Below are positions 46,371 through 54,403 of a stretch of DNA of 64,000 bases, piece after piece. This DNA comes from a virus (lineage: Duplodnaviria > Caudoviricetes). The position numbers and the translations under genes are program-made. Location: the IMG/VR virus record IMGVR_UViG_3300022744_000027, positions 1-64,000 of that record, one strand, 5' to 3'. The first letter of the stretch is position 1. Every line of letters starts with the position of its first letter. The notes below the pieces were generated by a model. The model did no database searches, had not been told where the DNA came from, and worked only from the letters and a program-made list of their open reading frames with translations.

Positions 46371-46449
46371 GTGTGAAATCGGGCGCCAGTTCCCCGCCCG
46401 GTTCCCCCATCGGTTCCCTTGCAAATAAAGTGAATAAAACCAACCTGCC

Positions 46450-46470
46450 GCAAAATTGTTGCAGTACAAT
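46450..46470 (+). promoter_or_regulatory. Early-type promoter/operator
   Basis: GCAAAATTGTTGC-AG-TACAAT-TCAA-GCATC. Confidence 0.7.
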
Positions 46471-46515
46471 TCAAGCATCACAACAGCAACGGACCCGGGC
46501 CAACCGGGCAAGACG

Positions 46516-46866
46516 ATGACCCGCACCGACACCCTCGCAGCCATCCGCGTAGCCGGATACCACAACGACCAGCGCGCCCGGGTGCGCCTGATGGTCGAGA
46601 ACCGCGTCAGCCGAGAAGCCGCCGACAAGGCATGGGTCACCGGCCAGGTCCAGAAGCGCCAGGGCATGCCCTGCGGATTCTTCGCCTGCAAGGAAGCCTT
46701 CCACGCCAACGTGCGCAAGCAAGAGCGCCTGCTCAACGCCGGATGCCTGACCACATGGGACGCCGCCACCGGCCGCACCACATGGACCGTCGCCGGGCAG
46801 GTCGTCGGCCACTCGGTCGGCCAGGTCGGCGCCACCACCGCATACATCAACCAACCAGCAGAATGA
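46516..46866 (+). CDS. Early hypothetical protein
   Basis: First ORF after promoter. Confidence 0.65.
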   Translation: MTRTDTLAAIRVAGYHNDQRARVRLMVENRVSREAADKAWVTGQVQKRQGMPCGFFACKEAFHANVRKQERLLNAGCLTTWDAATGRTTWTVAGQVVGHSVGQVGATTAYINQPAE

Positions 46867-47153
46867 ACATGACCACCACCACCACCACCACCACCCCCCT
46901 CGAATGGTCCGCCCTCTGGGGCGCCATGGACGCAGCCCCCACAGAGTGGATCGAAACCACTCGCGACATGTACTGGCAGATGCTCGAGTGCCTGCCACCC
47001 CGAGCCCAGCGTCGCGGCGCGTTTTTGGTCGGCGAGGCCAAGACCCACAACGACCAAGGCCAAGCCGTCCACGCCTGCTTTGATGAGCGTGCCGACGGCC
47101 GCGTGTTTGCCCGCCACCTGACCGTGGCTGAGTTTTTCAAGGAGATTACATGA
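46863..47153 (+). CDS. Early hypothetical protein
   Basis: ATGA coupling; Y.QMLECLPP...FLVGE pattern. Confidence 0.7.
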   Translation: MNMTTTTTTTTPLEWSALWGAMDAAPTEWIETTRDMYWQMLECLPPRAQRRGAFLVGEAKTHNDQGQAVHACFDERADGRVFARHLTVAEFFKEIT

Positions 47154-47374
47154 CCACCACCACCCTCACCCACCGCGTCCGCACCTCCTGCGACAAGTTC
47201 CAAATCAAGCACATGGGCCGCTGGTTCAACGTCGTCGCCCGCTTCCCCGACACCAAGGAAGGCACCAAGGAATCCAACGACTACATGATTACCAACCCGA
47301 ACACGGGCTTGCTGACCATCGCCGACGGCTGGATCAACATCGCCGACATGGCCGACGCGGGAGTGGCGGCATGA
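47150..47374 (+). CDS. Early hypothetical protein
   Basis: AGGAG SD, ATGA coupling. Confidence 0.7.
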   Translation: MTTTTLTHRVRTSCDKFQIKHMGRWFNVVARFPDTKEGTKESNDYMITNPNTGLLTIADGWINIADMADAGVAA

Positions 47375-47634
47375 TCCAACGACGCGGATTTCTTGGAGCA
47401 ATGCTGGCGCTCGTGGCAGCTCCAAGTCTAGCTGGCCACCAACCAACGAGACTGGCTCGAGCCATTGCGCCTAGACGTTACTTGTCAGTTCTTGACTTTG
47501 GTGCCGACCCGACGGGACGCGATGATAGTAGTGCCGCGTTTCAGCGAGCCATAGACGCAGCTGGTTCCAGAGATGTTGTGCGTGTCCCGATTGGAACGTA
47601 TCGCGTCCAGCCATCTATAGGCGGTGCAGCATGA
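47371..47634 (+). CDS. Tat-signal protein with truncated pectate-lyase-3-type N-motif
   Basis: QRRGFLG signal; SVLDFGADPTG.DDSSAAFQRAIDA...VP.GTY. Confidence 0.65.
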   Translation: MIQRRGFLGAMLALVAAPSLAGHQPTRLARAIAPRRYLSVLDFGADPTGRDDSSAAFQRAIDAAGSRDVVRVPIGTYRVQPSIGGAA

Positions 47635-47828
47635 CCACCGCCCGCCACCTCACCTGCTGCGTCTGCGGCAGCGCCGCCGGTCGCTGGCAACAGCACTGGA
47701 ACCGCGACATAGGCTACGGCATATGCCAGCCATGTGCGACCGAGCAAACCGGCAAAGAGACGCCCGAACGCATGGAGTCGCTGTACGGAAAGCCGGGCGT
47801 GAACTACGAGGCGCCAGTCGCACCATGA
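47631..47828 (+). CDS. Small Zn-finger protein
   Basis: CCVC...CQPC. Confidence 0.65.
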   Translation: MTTARHLTCCVCGSAAGRWQQHWNRDIGYGICQPCATEQTGKETPERMESLYGKPGVNYEAPVAP

Positions 47829-48046
47829 GCCGCCTCGCCCACGCCACAGCCGCCGCGCCAGGTCTTGAGGCTGAGCGCCGCGACCTCGACGCAACCGTCC
47901 AATGGGAGGTGCGTCGCGCAAAAGTCATCCAAGCCGACACGCACTGCAGCTGGGACGAGGCCCTGCGTCTTGCCCGCAAGGATGTCAGCATCACCCAGTT
48001 CTACACCGACCGCACCAACGGCTGCCACGCAGCAAAAGCACCATGA
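47825..48046 (+). CDS. Early hypothetical protein
   Basis: ATGA coupling. Confidence 0.55.
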   Translation: MSRLAHATAAAPGLEAERRDLDATVQWEVRRAKVIQADTHCSWDEALRLARKDVSITQFYTDRTNGCHAAKAP

Positions 48047-48276
48047 CCACACAAAAAAGCTATTTCCAAGAATACGAAGCCATGATCAAACACAACAAAC
48101 TCAACCAGCCATGCAGCACTTTTGAACTATTCCTGAACATGGTCGGCGACTTTCTGGCAGCCCTTGGGCTTGTAGCCTCCGTTGCACTTTTCGGCCTGTA
48201 TTACGGTGGGTTTTTCCACTGGGCGGCAAAGAGTTTGCCAGACAACGCGATTTTGCAATTCTTTTTTGGAGCGTGA
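48043..48276 (+). CDS. Small membrane protein
   Basis: One TM helix; ATGA coupling. Confidence 0.55.
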   Translation: MTTQKSYFQEYEAMIKHNKLNQPCSTFELFLNMVGDFLAALGLVASVALFGLYYGGFFHWAAKSLPDNAILQFFFGA

Positions 48277-48279
48277 GAC

Positions 48280-48783
48280 ATGACCATCAAAACAATCACA
48301 GACCGCGAGCAGCAGCCACAAAAACAACTAGCCCTCGCGCAACAACTTGCCCAGTTGAATGGCGAGATTGCCGCTGAACTGAAGGCCGAGCGCGACACCC
48401 TGCGCCAGCAACTAGCCGAAGCGCAGGCGCTGATTGAGGCCAGCCGGAAGCAGGAGCCTGTGGCGACGGTAGGCCATGAACTTCGCCCATGGGAGAAGGC
48501 CGTACTCGCCCCGCCACACCCAGGAGATTTCGGAATCCCGAAGGAGCACTGGGAAGCCGCGCAGCATTACGCAAATTTCTGGCACCTGAACCGACTAGAT
48601 GCTGTCCGCGTGAAGCAAGAAGCCGCGCAGCCAGTACAAGTGCCGCTGACGGCTGAGCGGATAGTTTCAGCCTGCTACTCATTCCGCCATGACTTTGGAC
48701 TGTTGCCACAAGAAACACGCGATTCACTTACCCGAACCGCAACAGACTGGGCTCAAGCATTCGGCATCGGAGGAGGACAATGA
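48280..48783 (+). CDS. Early hypothetical protein (coiled-coil, QEPVA motif)
   Basis: GGAG SD. Confidence 0.65.
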   Translation: MTIKTITDREQQPQKQLALAQQLAQLNGEIAAELKAERDTLRQQLAEAQALIEASRKQEPVATVGHELRPWEKAVLAPPHPGDFGIPKEHWEAAQHYANFWHLNRLDAVRVKQEAAQPVQVPLTAERIVSACYSFRHDFGLLPQETRDSLTRTATDWAQAFGIGGGQ

Positions 48784-48977
48784 CCCGCCCCGACTCCCCC
48801 TGCATCGCCATCTGCGACACGCTCTACCAACCTACCCACTGCTCAGGCTGCGGCCGCACAATCCAAGAGGTCGCCAACTGGGTCATCCTCAGCGAAGCCG
48901 AAAAGGACGCGGTGTGGCAGCGCATCGAGACAGAAGGCACCGCCAAGCGGTTCACCACATACCGGGAGCGAGTATGA
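48780..48977 (+). CDS. DUF1289-like Cys protein
   Basis: SPCIAIC...C.GCGRT..E...W..LS..EK..VW. Confidence 0.8.
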   Translation: MTRPDSPCIAICDTLYQPTHCSGCGRTIQEVANWVILSEAEKDAVWQRIETEGTAKRFTTYRERV

Positions 48978-49213
48978 CCACAGCCGTCCCCTACGCCGCG
49001 TTTTTCCTCGGCTTCCCCGTCGTCATCACCGCACCAGGCCAGTACGTCACCCGGTCGGGCGAGGTGGTCGAGGTGGACGACGACAGCAGCTACCACTGGA
49101 AACGCGGCCGGTACCAGTGCGGCACAGTCGAGACATGGCACCGCAGCGGCCGCATTTTTTCAGGCACCGAGACGGCCAACGACATCGTGCGAGTGAGTAA
49201 CCACAAAGATTAG
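48974..49213 (+). CDS. Early hypothetical protein
   Basis: PG.Y.TRSG..V...W...G pattern; coupled. Confidence 0.6.
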   Translation: MTTAVPYAAFFLGFPVVITAPGQYVTRSGEVVEVDDDSSYHWKRGRYQCGTVETWHRSGRIFSGTETANDIVRVSNHKD

Positions 49214-49228
49214 TCATGAATACACGTC

Positions 49229-49249
49229 GCAACAATTTTGCGGCATAAT
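49229..49249 (+). promoter_or_regulatory. Early-type promoter/operator
   Basis: GCAACAATTTTGC-GG-CATAAT-AAAA-GCATC. Confidence 0.7.
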
Positions 49250-49279
49250 AAAAGCATCCCAACCACACCACGCGACACC

Positions 49280-49534
49280 ATGAACCTCCAAGCCCACATC
49301 ATCAGCACGCTCGGCAAGCGACTGCACAGCATCAAGATTGTGACCCCATCGCTAGGCCTCGACCGCGTCACCATCTCCCTGGCTGAGCAAGAAGCCCGCG
49401 ACTGGGCCCGAACCCACGGTCACAAAGTGGTCAGCGACATCGTCAGCCAGGGCGAATACCGCGCATGGGTCGAGCCCATCCCTGCCGGTCGCCTGCGCAC
49501 CATGGCGCAACTCGGTCGCGGGGTGGCGGCATGA
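49280..49534 (+). CDS. Early hypothetical protein
   Basis: First ORF after promoter. Confidence 0.6.
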   Translation: MNLQAHIISTLGKRLHSIKIVTPSLGLDRVTISLAEQEARDWARTHGHKVVSDIVSQGEYRAWVEPIPAGRLRTMAQLGRGVAA

Positions 49535-49800
49535 ACCTCGGTACCCCAGCGCCAACCCGCGACGTGACGCGCATCGATAAAGCCCGCGTCACCACGCTCC
49601 ACGAGTGCAACGCCTACGTCGGCCACGCGACCGGCGTCCTGCTGGCCGGTGGCGTCGAGTGCATCGTCATCACAGCCACGCGCGAAGACGCGCAGGCCTT
49701 CATGGATGCCAACTTCACCACCCCGGGAGACGCCCGGTTTTCAGCCCCAGTCGCCATGGTCCAGCGCAAGGACGTGGCCATCAAGCCAATCGAAACTTGA
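49531..49800 (+). CDS. Early hypothetical protein
   Basis: ATGA coupling. Confidence 0.6.
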   Translation: MNLGTPAPTRDVTRIDKARVTTLHECNAYVGHATGVLLAGGVECIVITATREDAQAFMDANFTTPGDARFSAPVAMVQRKDVAIKPIET

Positions 49801-49877
49801 ACGCCGCGAAGTACCAGCCAACAAAACGTGGCCTGACTGCAAATTTATCAAGTAATTTTGAGGTATTTGTGGATGCA

Positions 49878-49898
49878 GCAAAATTATTGCAGTAGAAT
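49878..49898 (+). promoter_or_regulatory. Early-type promoter/operator
   Basis: GCAAAATTATTGC-AG-TAGAAT-CAAA-GCATC. Confidence 0.7.
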
Positions 49899-49923
49899 CA
49901 AAGCATCTTAACAAGGAGCAACC

Positions 49924-50226
49924 ATGACCGACCGAACCACCCTCGCCCTCGCCGCCTGCGCGGGGCTCACCGATACCGAACTCGCCGAGCGCGGAGCCCA
50001 AGGCTTCAAGAAGATGCGCGACCGCAAGCGCCAGTACGCCAACGCCGCCCGCATGCTGGCGAAAGGCATGGAGCTGGCCGAGGCGAAGATCGCCGACCTT
50101 CAGAAGCAGCTGGACGCCGCGAAAAAGCAGATCGCCACGCTGGAGCAGCTCGACGCACCAGTGACCGACACCACGCAGGCCGCCGACATGCTGACAGCCA
50201 TCGCGGGAAAGAATGGTGCGGCATGA
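49924..50226 (+). CDS. Coiled-coil hypothetical protein
   Basis: AAGGAG SD. Confidence 0.7.
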   Translation: MTDRTTLALAACAGLTDTELAERGAQGFKKMRDRKRQYANAARMLAKGMELAEAKIADLQKQLDAAKKQIATLEQLDAPVTDTTQAADMLTAIAGKNGAA

Positions 50227-50462
50227 TCATCCTGCGCATTGACGAAAACTCAATCGACCTGAAAGACCTGAACGAAACGATTGTGGCCACCAACGCCATG
50301 ATCGCGCGCCTACGCGGCCATCAAGCCGTGCAGGACACCCTGCTCGGCGAAGCCCTGAGCGTGCTGAAAACCATCGAGCCCGAGTGCAGCAGCGAGGCCG
50401 AGCTTTTGGATGACCTGAAAACCAGAATCGCCAACGCTTTGAGCAGCCACATCATCAATTAA
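50223..50462 (+). CDS. Hypothetical protein
   Basis: Coupled. Confidence 0.65.
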   Translation: MIILRIDENSIDLKDLNETIVATNAMIARLRGHQAVQDTLLGEALSVLKTIEPECSSEAELLDDLKTRIANALSSHIIN

Positions 50463-50497
50463 CGCAACCCGCCCGGAGCCAACCGGGCACCAAAACC

Positions 50498-50806
50498 ATG
50501 AAACTCAAGCACCTCACCATCATCGCAGCCATTCTCGTCAGCGCCACGGCGCATGCGCAGAACCGAAACCTCCACGTCGAAACCCCAGAGGGGCGGCTCA
50601 TTCTGCAGCCCAAGCCGTGCCAAAAAGGCGGCAAGGAGGCCACGTTTATCGAAAACCGCGACAACGGCGGCGGCGGCTACGGCTGCTGGTACCTTTGGAA
50701 CGACCACGTCTACGTCGTGTGGAACACCTTTGTGGGCGCGAACGGCAGCATGCTCCGAACCGACGCCATCATGACGTACCCAGCGCCACCAGAGCTGCGT
50801 CGTTGA
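50498..50806 (+). CDS. Secreted/periplasmic hypothetical protein
   Basis: Sec signal (ATAHA); two Cys, GCW motif. Confidence 0.7.
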   Translation: MKLKHLTIIAAILVSATAHAQNRNLHVETPEGRLILQPKPCQKGGKEATFIENRDNGGGGYGCWYLWNDHVYVVWNTFVGANGSMLRTDAIMTYPAPPELRR

Positions 50807-50824
50807 TTGAAAGCCGGCCACGAC

Positions 50825-51571
50825 ATGAAACTCAACCTACAAGCCAGACTGGTCGCTGCGGTCGCCCAGTTCAAAGCCTCCACCGACATCCGCTACTACC
50901 TCAACGGCGTCTACGTCGAACCACGCCCCCAAGGCGGTGCCGTGATCGTCGCCGCCAACGACCACGCCATGGGCGTATGGCTGGATGAAACCGGCGAGAT
51001 CGAGCGCCCAACCATCCTGCGCATCGGCGCGAAGCTCCAAGCCGCGTGCCGGGGGTCTGACATCAAGCGCCTGACCATTATCGACAACCGGCTGGCCGTG
51101 CTCGGGCAGAAGGTGAAGGGCGGACTCAAGGACATGGAGCTGTACATCCAGCCCGAGCCAGGCGATTGGGAGATGCCCGGCAAATTCCCAGACTGGGCCA
51201 ACGTCGTCCGCGTCATTGACGGCCCGCCCAGCCTGCACTCAGCACTCAACCCCGAGTACATCGCCATGATGGACAGCGCCATCAGCATCGGCATCGGCGA
51301 CAAGTTTAAGAACATCACCGTGCGCCAAGAGGCGCCACACTCGGGCATAGTGTTCACGACATCAGCCACGCCGAACTTTTTCGGCGTCATTATGCCCTTG
51401 CGCGACCACGACGCCCCGTTCCCCGCATGGGTCAAACCCATGCTGACCCGGCGCGAAATGGAGCGCCGCGCGAAGGCTGCGCCCCTGCCCGTCCACGAGC
51501 CCAGCGACGCCGGGCCGAAGGATAGTGACGAGGCTGGATGGATTCGCGTGCGTCGGCAGGAGCAAGCATGA
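50825..51571 (+). CDS. Beta-clamp-like phage protein
   Basis: DIRYYLNGV.V, VAA..H.M, GKFPDW..V, LNP.Y, GVIMPLR. Confidence 0.75.
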   Translation: MKLNLQARLVAAVAQFKASTDIRYYLNGVYVEPRPQGGAVIVAANDHAMGVWLDETGEIERPTILRIGAKLQAACRGSDIKRLTIIDNRLAVLGQKVKGGLKDMELYIQPEPGDWEMPGKFPDWANVVRVIDGPPSLHSALNPEYIAMMDSAISIGIGDKFKNITVRQEAPHSGIVFTTSATPNFFGVIMPLRDHDAPFPAWVKPMLTRREMERRAKAAPLPVHEPSDAGPKDSDEAGWIRVRRQEQA

Positions 51572-51885
51572 GCGATCTGGAATGCCCATACTGCGGAGCC
51601 GATCAAAAGGTCAACCACGACGACGGCGCGGGCTACGACGAAAACCGCCGACATGAGCAGGAATGCCGCGATTGCGGAAAAACCTACGTCTTCGACACAG
51701 CGATCAGCTTTACCTACACGCCAAAAAGGGCCGATTGCCTGAATGGTAGCGAGCACCAGCTCAAATTCCGCAAGTCATGGCCACACCAGTATTCCCGCAT
51801 GGTTTGCCGAGATTGCGACTACGAGCGCCAAGCCACCGAAACCGAACTCTCCACTAACGCCGCACCAGCGGCCAGCACGACATGA
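51568..51885 (+). CDS. Zn-ribbon hypothetical protein
   Basis: CPYC, CRDC twice. Confidence 0.7.
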   Translation: MSDLECPYCGADQKVNHDDGAGYDENRRHEQECRDCGKTYVFDTAISFTYTPKRADCLNGSEHQLKFRKSWPHQYSRMVCRDCDYERQATETELSTNAAPAASTT

Positions 51886-52214
51886 AACTCACCACCAAAC
51901 CCACCACGATGCTGCTCATCGAAGACTTGATGCGGCGACCCCACAACCTCGACCCGATCCGCGTCATCGCCGAGAACTTCGAGCTCGGCAGGGGTCGCAT
52001 CATCATCACCTGCTACGACGCCGCATGGGTCGGGTACTGGACGGCCATGGGCGGCAAGACAGTGGAGCATTTCTTTATCGACTGCGGCGCCGAATACCTT
52101 GCCGCCAACCTTGGCAGCGCGTCATCGCTTAGCCGGAGCAATAACAACCGCACCTACCTGATCCGCGTCATTCGCGCGGTGCAGGACGCGCTCATCGAAT
52201 CCTCCAATTCCTAA
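51882..52214 (+). CDS. Hypothetical phage protein
   Basis: LDPIRV..E...G.G.I.I.CY..AW..YW..MG pattern. Confidence 0.7.
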   Translation: MKLTTKPTTMLLIEDLMRRPHNLDPIRVIAENFELGRGRIIITCYDAAWVGYWTAMGGKTVEHFFIDCGAEYLAANLGSASSLSRSNNNRTYLIRVIRAVQDALIESSNS

Positions 52215-52226
52215 ACCATTACCACC

Positions 52227-52376
52227 ATGAACTTCGACAACGACGAACACGACCGCGCCGAGCTGGCTGCCGATGACCGAGCTGTGCGACGATACAACGC
52301 CAGGCTCGGTGCAAACCCCGACTGCCGCGACCCAGACCACCCAGGGTGCGAGCACTGCGAGCCCCTCGAAGACTAA
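52227..52376 (+). CDS. Small Cys/His protein (49 aa)
   Basis: Manual translation ending PDCRDPDHPGCEHC. Confidence 0.55.
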   Translation: MNFDNDEHDRAELAADDRAVRRYNARLGANPDCRDPDHPGCEHCEPLED

Positions 52377-52412
52377 CAAACCCGCTGAATTTATTGCGGA
52401 AAACCACACACA

Positions 52413-52433
52413 ATAAAATTATTGCAGTAGAAT
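52413..52433 (+). promoter_or_regulatory. Early-type promoter/operator
   Basis: ATAAAATTATTGC-AG-TAGAAT. Confidence 0.6.
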
Positions 52434-52470
52434 CGGGGCTGGGAATTGCCCCGATTTACATTAAAAAACC

Positions 52471-52626
52471 ATGAAAACCAAAATGCTTAAACGAGCCCGC
52501 CATCTCTTCTGCCACGCCTACGTGCCAACCAGCACCGCCCGCCACAACATGCGCCAGTGGGTGCGCAGTATTCGCCAGCTCGGCGACCGCTGGTTGCTTG
52601 CAAAAAACGTTCGCCGCTCCGCTTAA
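52471..52626 (+). CDS. Small basic protein (51 aa)
   Basis: Manual translation MKTKMLKRARHLF...RHNMRQWVRSIRQLGDRWLLA. Confidence 0.6.
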   Translation: MKTKMLKRARHLFCHAYVPTSTARHNMRQWVRSIRQLGDRWLLAKNVRRSA

Positions 52627-52643
52627 TTCACCACCAAACCATC

Positions 52644-53555
52644 ATGATTAAAAACGCTCACGTCTTCCGCGCCGACATTCCAAACGATCTGGTCGCGCTC
52701 CACAACCACCTGTCCGAGCGCTCGTTTGCCGAGCCGCTCAGCAACCAGACCCAGAGCCACGGCTTCGTGCCGCCATTCGGCCAGGGCTGCACGCTCGTCG
52801 GCTCCTACCTGGGGGGCATGGCCTTCAGCCTGCGCGTGGACACAAAGGTCATGCCAGCCAGCGCGATCAACGCCGAAACAAAGAAGCGCGTCGCGCTTCG
52901 CCTGCAGCAAACCGGCCAGGAACGCCTAAGCAAAACCGAGAGCGCCGACATCAAGGACATGGTGCGCTCCGAGTTTTGCGCCAAAGCCATCGTCACCACG
53001 GCGGTGATCAACGCCTTCTACGACACCGAGTCCCGGTTCTTGGTGGTGGCTACCGCCAGCCAGCGCATGGCCGATCTGGTCACCAGCGCCTTGGTACACG
53101 CCGTCGGCAGCATGAAGACCGAGACGATCAACGTCAGTAGCGTCAAGATGGGCCTCACCACCCGCCTGACCGCGTGGCTGCCCTGTGACGACACCGAGGG
53201 CGACATGGATGCCTTCGGCGAATTCAGCCCGACCGGCGAAGTCGCCATGTCCAACCCAGAGCGCCATAAGCTGACCGTCAAGGCAGACACGCTGGCCGCC
53301 GCCACGGACGCACTGCTCGAAGCCATCAAGCGCCAGTACAGCGTCACGTCGATCCGGCTGGCTCACGGCTGCTGCGCCTTCCGCCTGACCTCAGACTTCC
53401 ACCTGCGCGGCATCGACATCCCGCGCGAGGAAGACCCGGTGGGCAACGAATGGGAGCACGAAGCCGCGTGGGAGATGACCAACGTCGTTGCGGTCATGAA
53501 CGACCTCTGCGCCATGTTTGCATACGAGGCACCCGAGGAAGGCGGTGAGGCATGA
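52644..53555 (+). CDS. rdgC: Recombination-associated protein RdgC
   Basis: KNA.VFR, S.GFVPP, K..PASAI, L.VATAS.R.AD, LT.WL. Confidence 0.8.
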   Translation: MIKNAHVFRADIPNDLVALHNHLSERSFAEPLSNQTQSHGFVPPFGQGCTLVGSYLGGMAFSLRVDTKVMPASAINAETKKRVALRLQQTGQERLSKTESADIKDMVRSEFCAKAIVTTAVINAFYDTESRFLVVATASQRMADLVTSALVHAVGSMKTETINVSSVKMGLTTRLTAWLPCDDTEGDMDAFGEFSPTGEVAMSNPERHKLTVKADTLAAATDALLEAIKRQYSVTSIRLAHGCCAFRLTSDFHLRGIDIPREEDPVGNEWEHEAAWEMTNVVAVMNDLCAMFAYEAPEEGGEA

Positions 53556-53785
53556 CCAGGACCGTCGCCGATCTGGTGCGCGACAAGGCGCTGAGACTCG
53601 TAGGCTTCGCGTTCAGCGTTGGCCTGAACGTCACCATCACACGCGAGCCCTGCCACCCGCTGGCAATGGGCAACGTCCGCAACGTGATTGACGTGTGGCC
53701 GCTGCGCCAGCTGGCCGAGCCAATCAACCGGACCCATGACGTCCAGCACCTGCCGCCCGACGACACGGAAGGCGGTGCAGCATGA
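53552..53785 (+). CDS. Hypothetical protein
   Basis: Coupled; PLAMGN motif. Confidence 0.6.
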   Translation: MTRTVADLVRDKALRLVGFAFSVGLNVTITREPCHPLAMGNVRNVIDVWPLRQLAEPINRTHDVQHLPPDDTEGGAA

Positions 53786-54036
53786 TGACTTGCCCACCCT
53801 GCAACCAAAACTGCAACCAGGGCCGCACTTGCCCGAGATTGCGAACAACCGCCCCAGCGGAGCTTGCCCACAAAGAGGCGGCATTTATGGCCGAATGCGC
53901 GCCTGGATTCACCCGCGAAACAAACGGGCTGCCATCCCCAATCCCGCGCCCAATCAGCGACCGCGAGTGGGCGGCCCTGCCAGCCAACCTGCGCGAAGGC
54001 TGCACGGTGCACGTGCCGGGGGTGGGTGACCTATGA
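53782..54036 (+). CDS. Hypothetical Cys-rich protein
   Basis: CPPCNQNCNQGRTCP. Confidence 0.6.
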   Translation: MMTCPPCNQNCNQGRTCPRLRTTAPAELAHKEAAFMAECAPGFTRETNGLPSPIPRPISDREWAALPANLREGCTVHVPGVGDL

Positions 54037-54332
54037 ACCCACCAACAAAACCAGGCCAACGCTGCCGTGTCATCGGCGGCCGCATGGCCTTCAACGGCGA
54101 GGGCAAGGGGCCCAACCAAGGGAAAGAGGTCATCACGGTGTTCATGCACGACGAGAAAGCGGGCGCGGAGCTGGAGAACGTCTGGCGCTGCCGGGCGGCC
54201 AGCGGGCACGTGCTCCAGACTTACTACGGGGCAGGCGATGAGGCCGACTTCTTGGAGTGCTGGCTGGAAGTTGTCGAGCCACCCAAACCAGAAGCCATAT
54301 CCACCGCCGCAGAGAAGGACATCACCGCATAA
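54033..54332 (+). CDS. Hypothetical protein
   Basis: Last ORF before terminator. Confidence 0.65.
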   Translation: MNPPTKPGQRCRVIGGRMAFNGEGKGPNQGKEVITVFMHDEKAGAELENVWRCRAASGHVLQTYYGAGDEADFLECWLEVVEPPKPEAISTAAEKDITA

Positions 54333-54360
54333 CGGGGTGACACCACACCGCAAACAAAAC

Positions 54361-54382
54361 AGCCGCCCGTAGGCGGCTTTTT
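54361..54382 (+). terminator. Intrinsic terminator between convergent arms
   Basis: AGCCGCC-CGTA-GGCGGCT-TTTT. Confidence 0.8.
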
Positions 54383-54403
54383 CAATGGGCGTGAGCCCAA
54401 TGG

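Noticed and set aside
46872-46895. (ACC)8 microsatellite encoding poly-Thr
   Set aside because: In-frame triplet repeat, so it cannot phase-vary the reading frame; ACC runs are common at early gene starts here.
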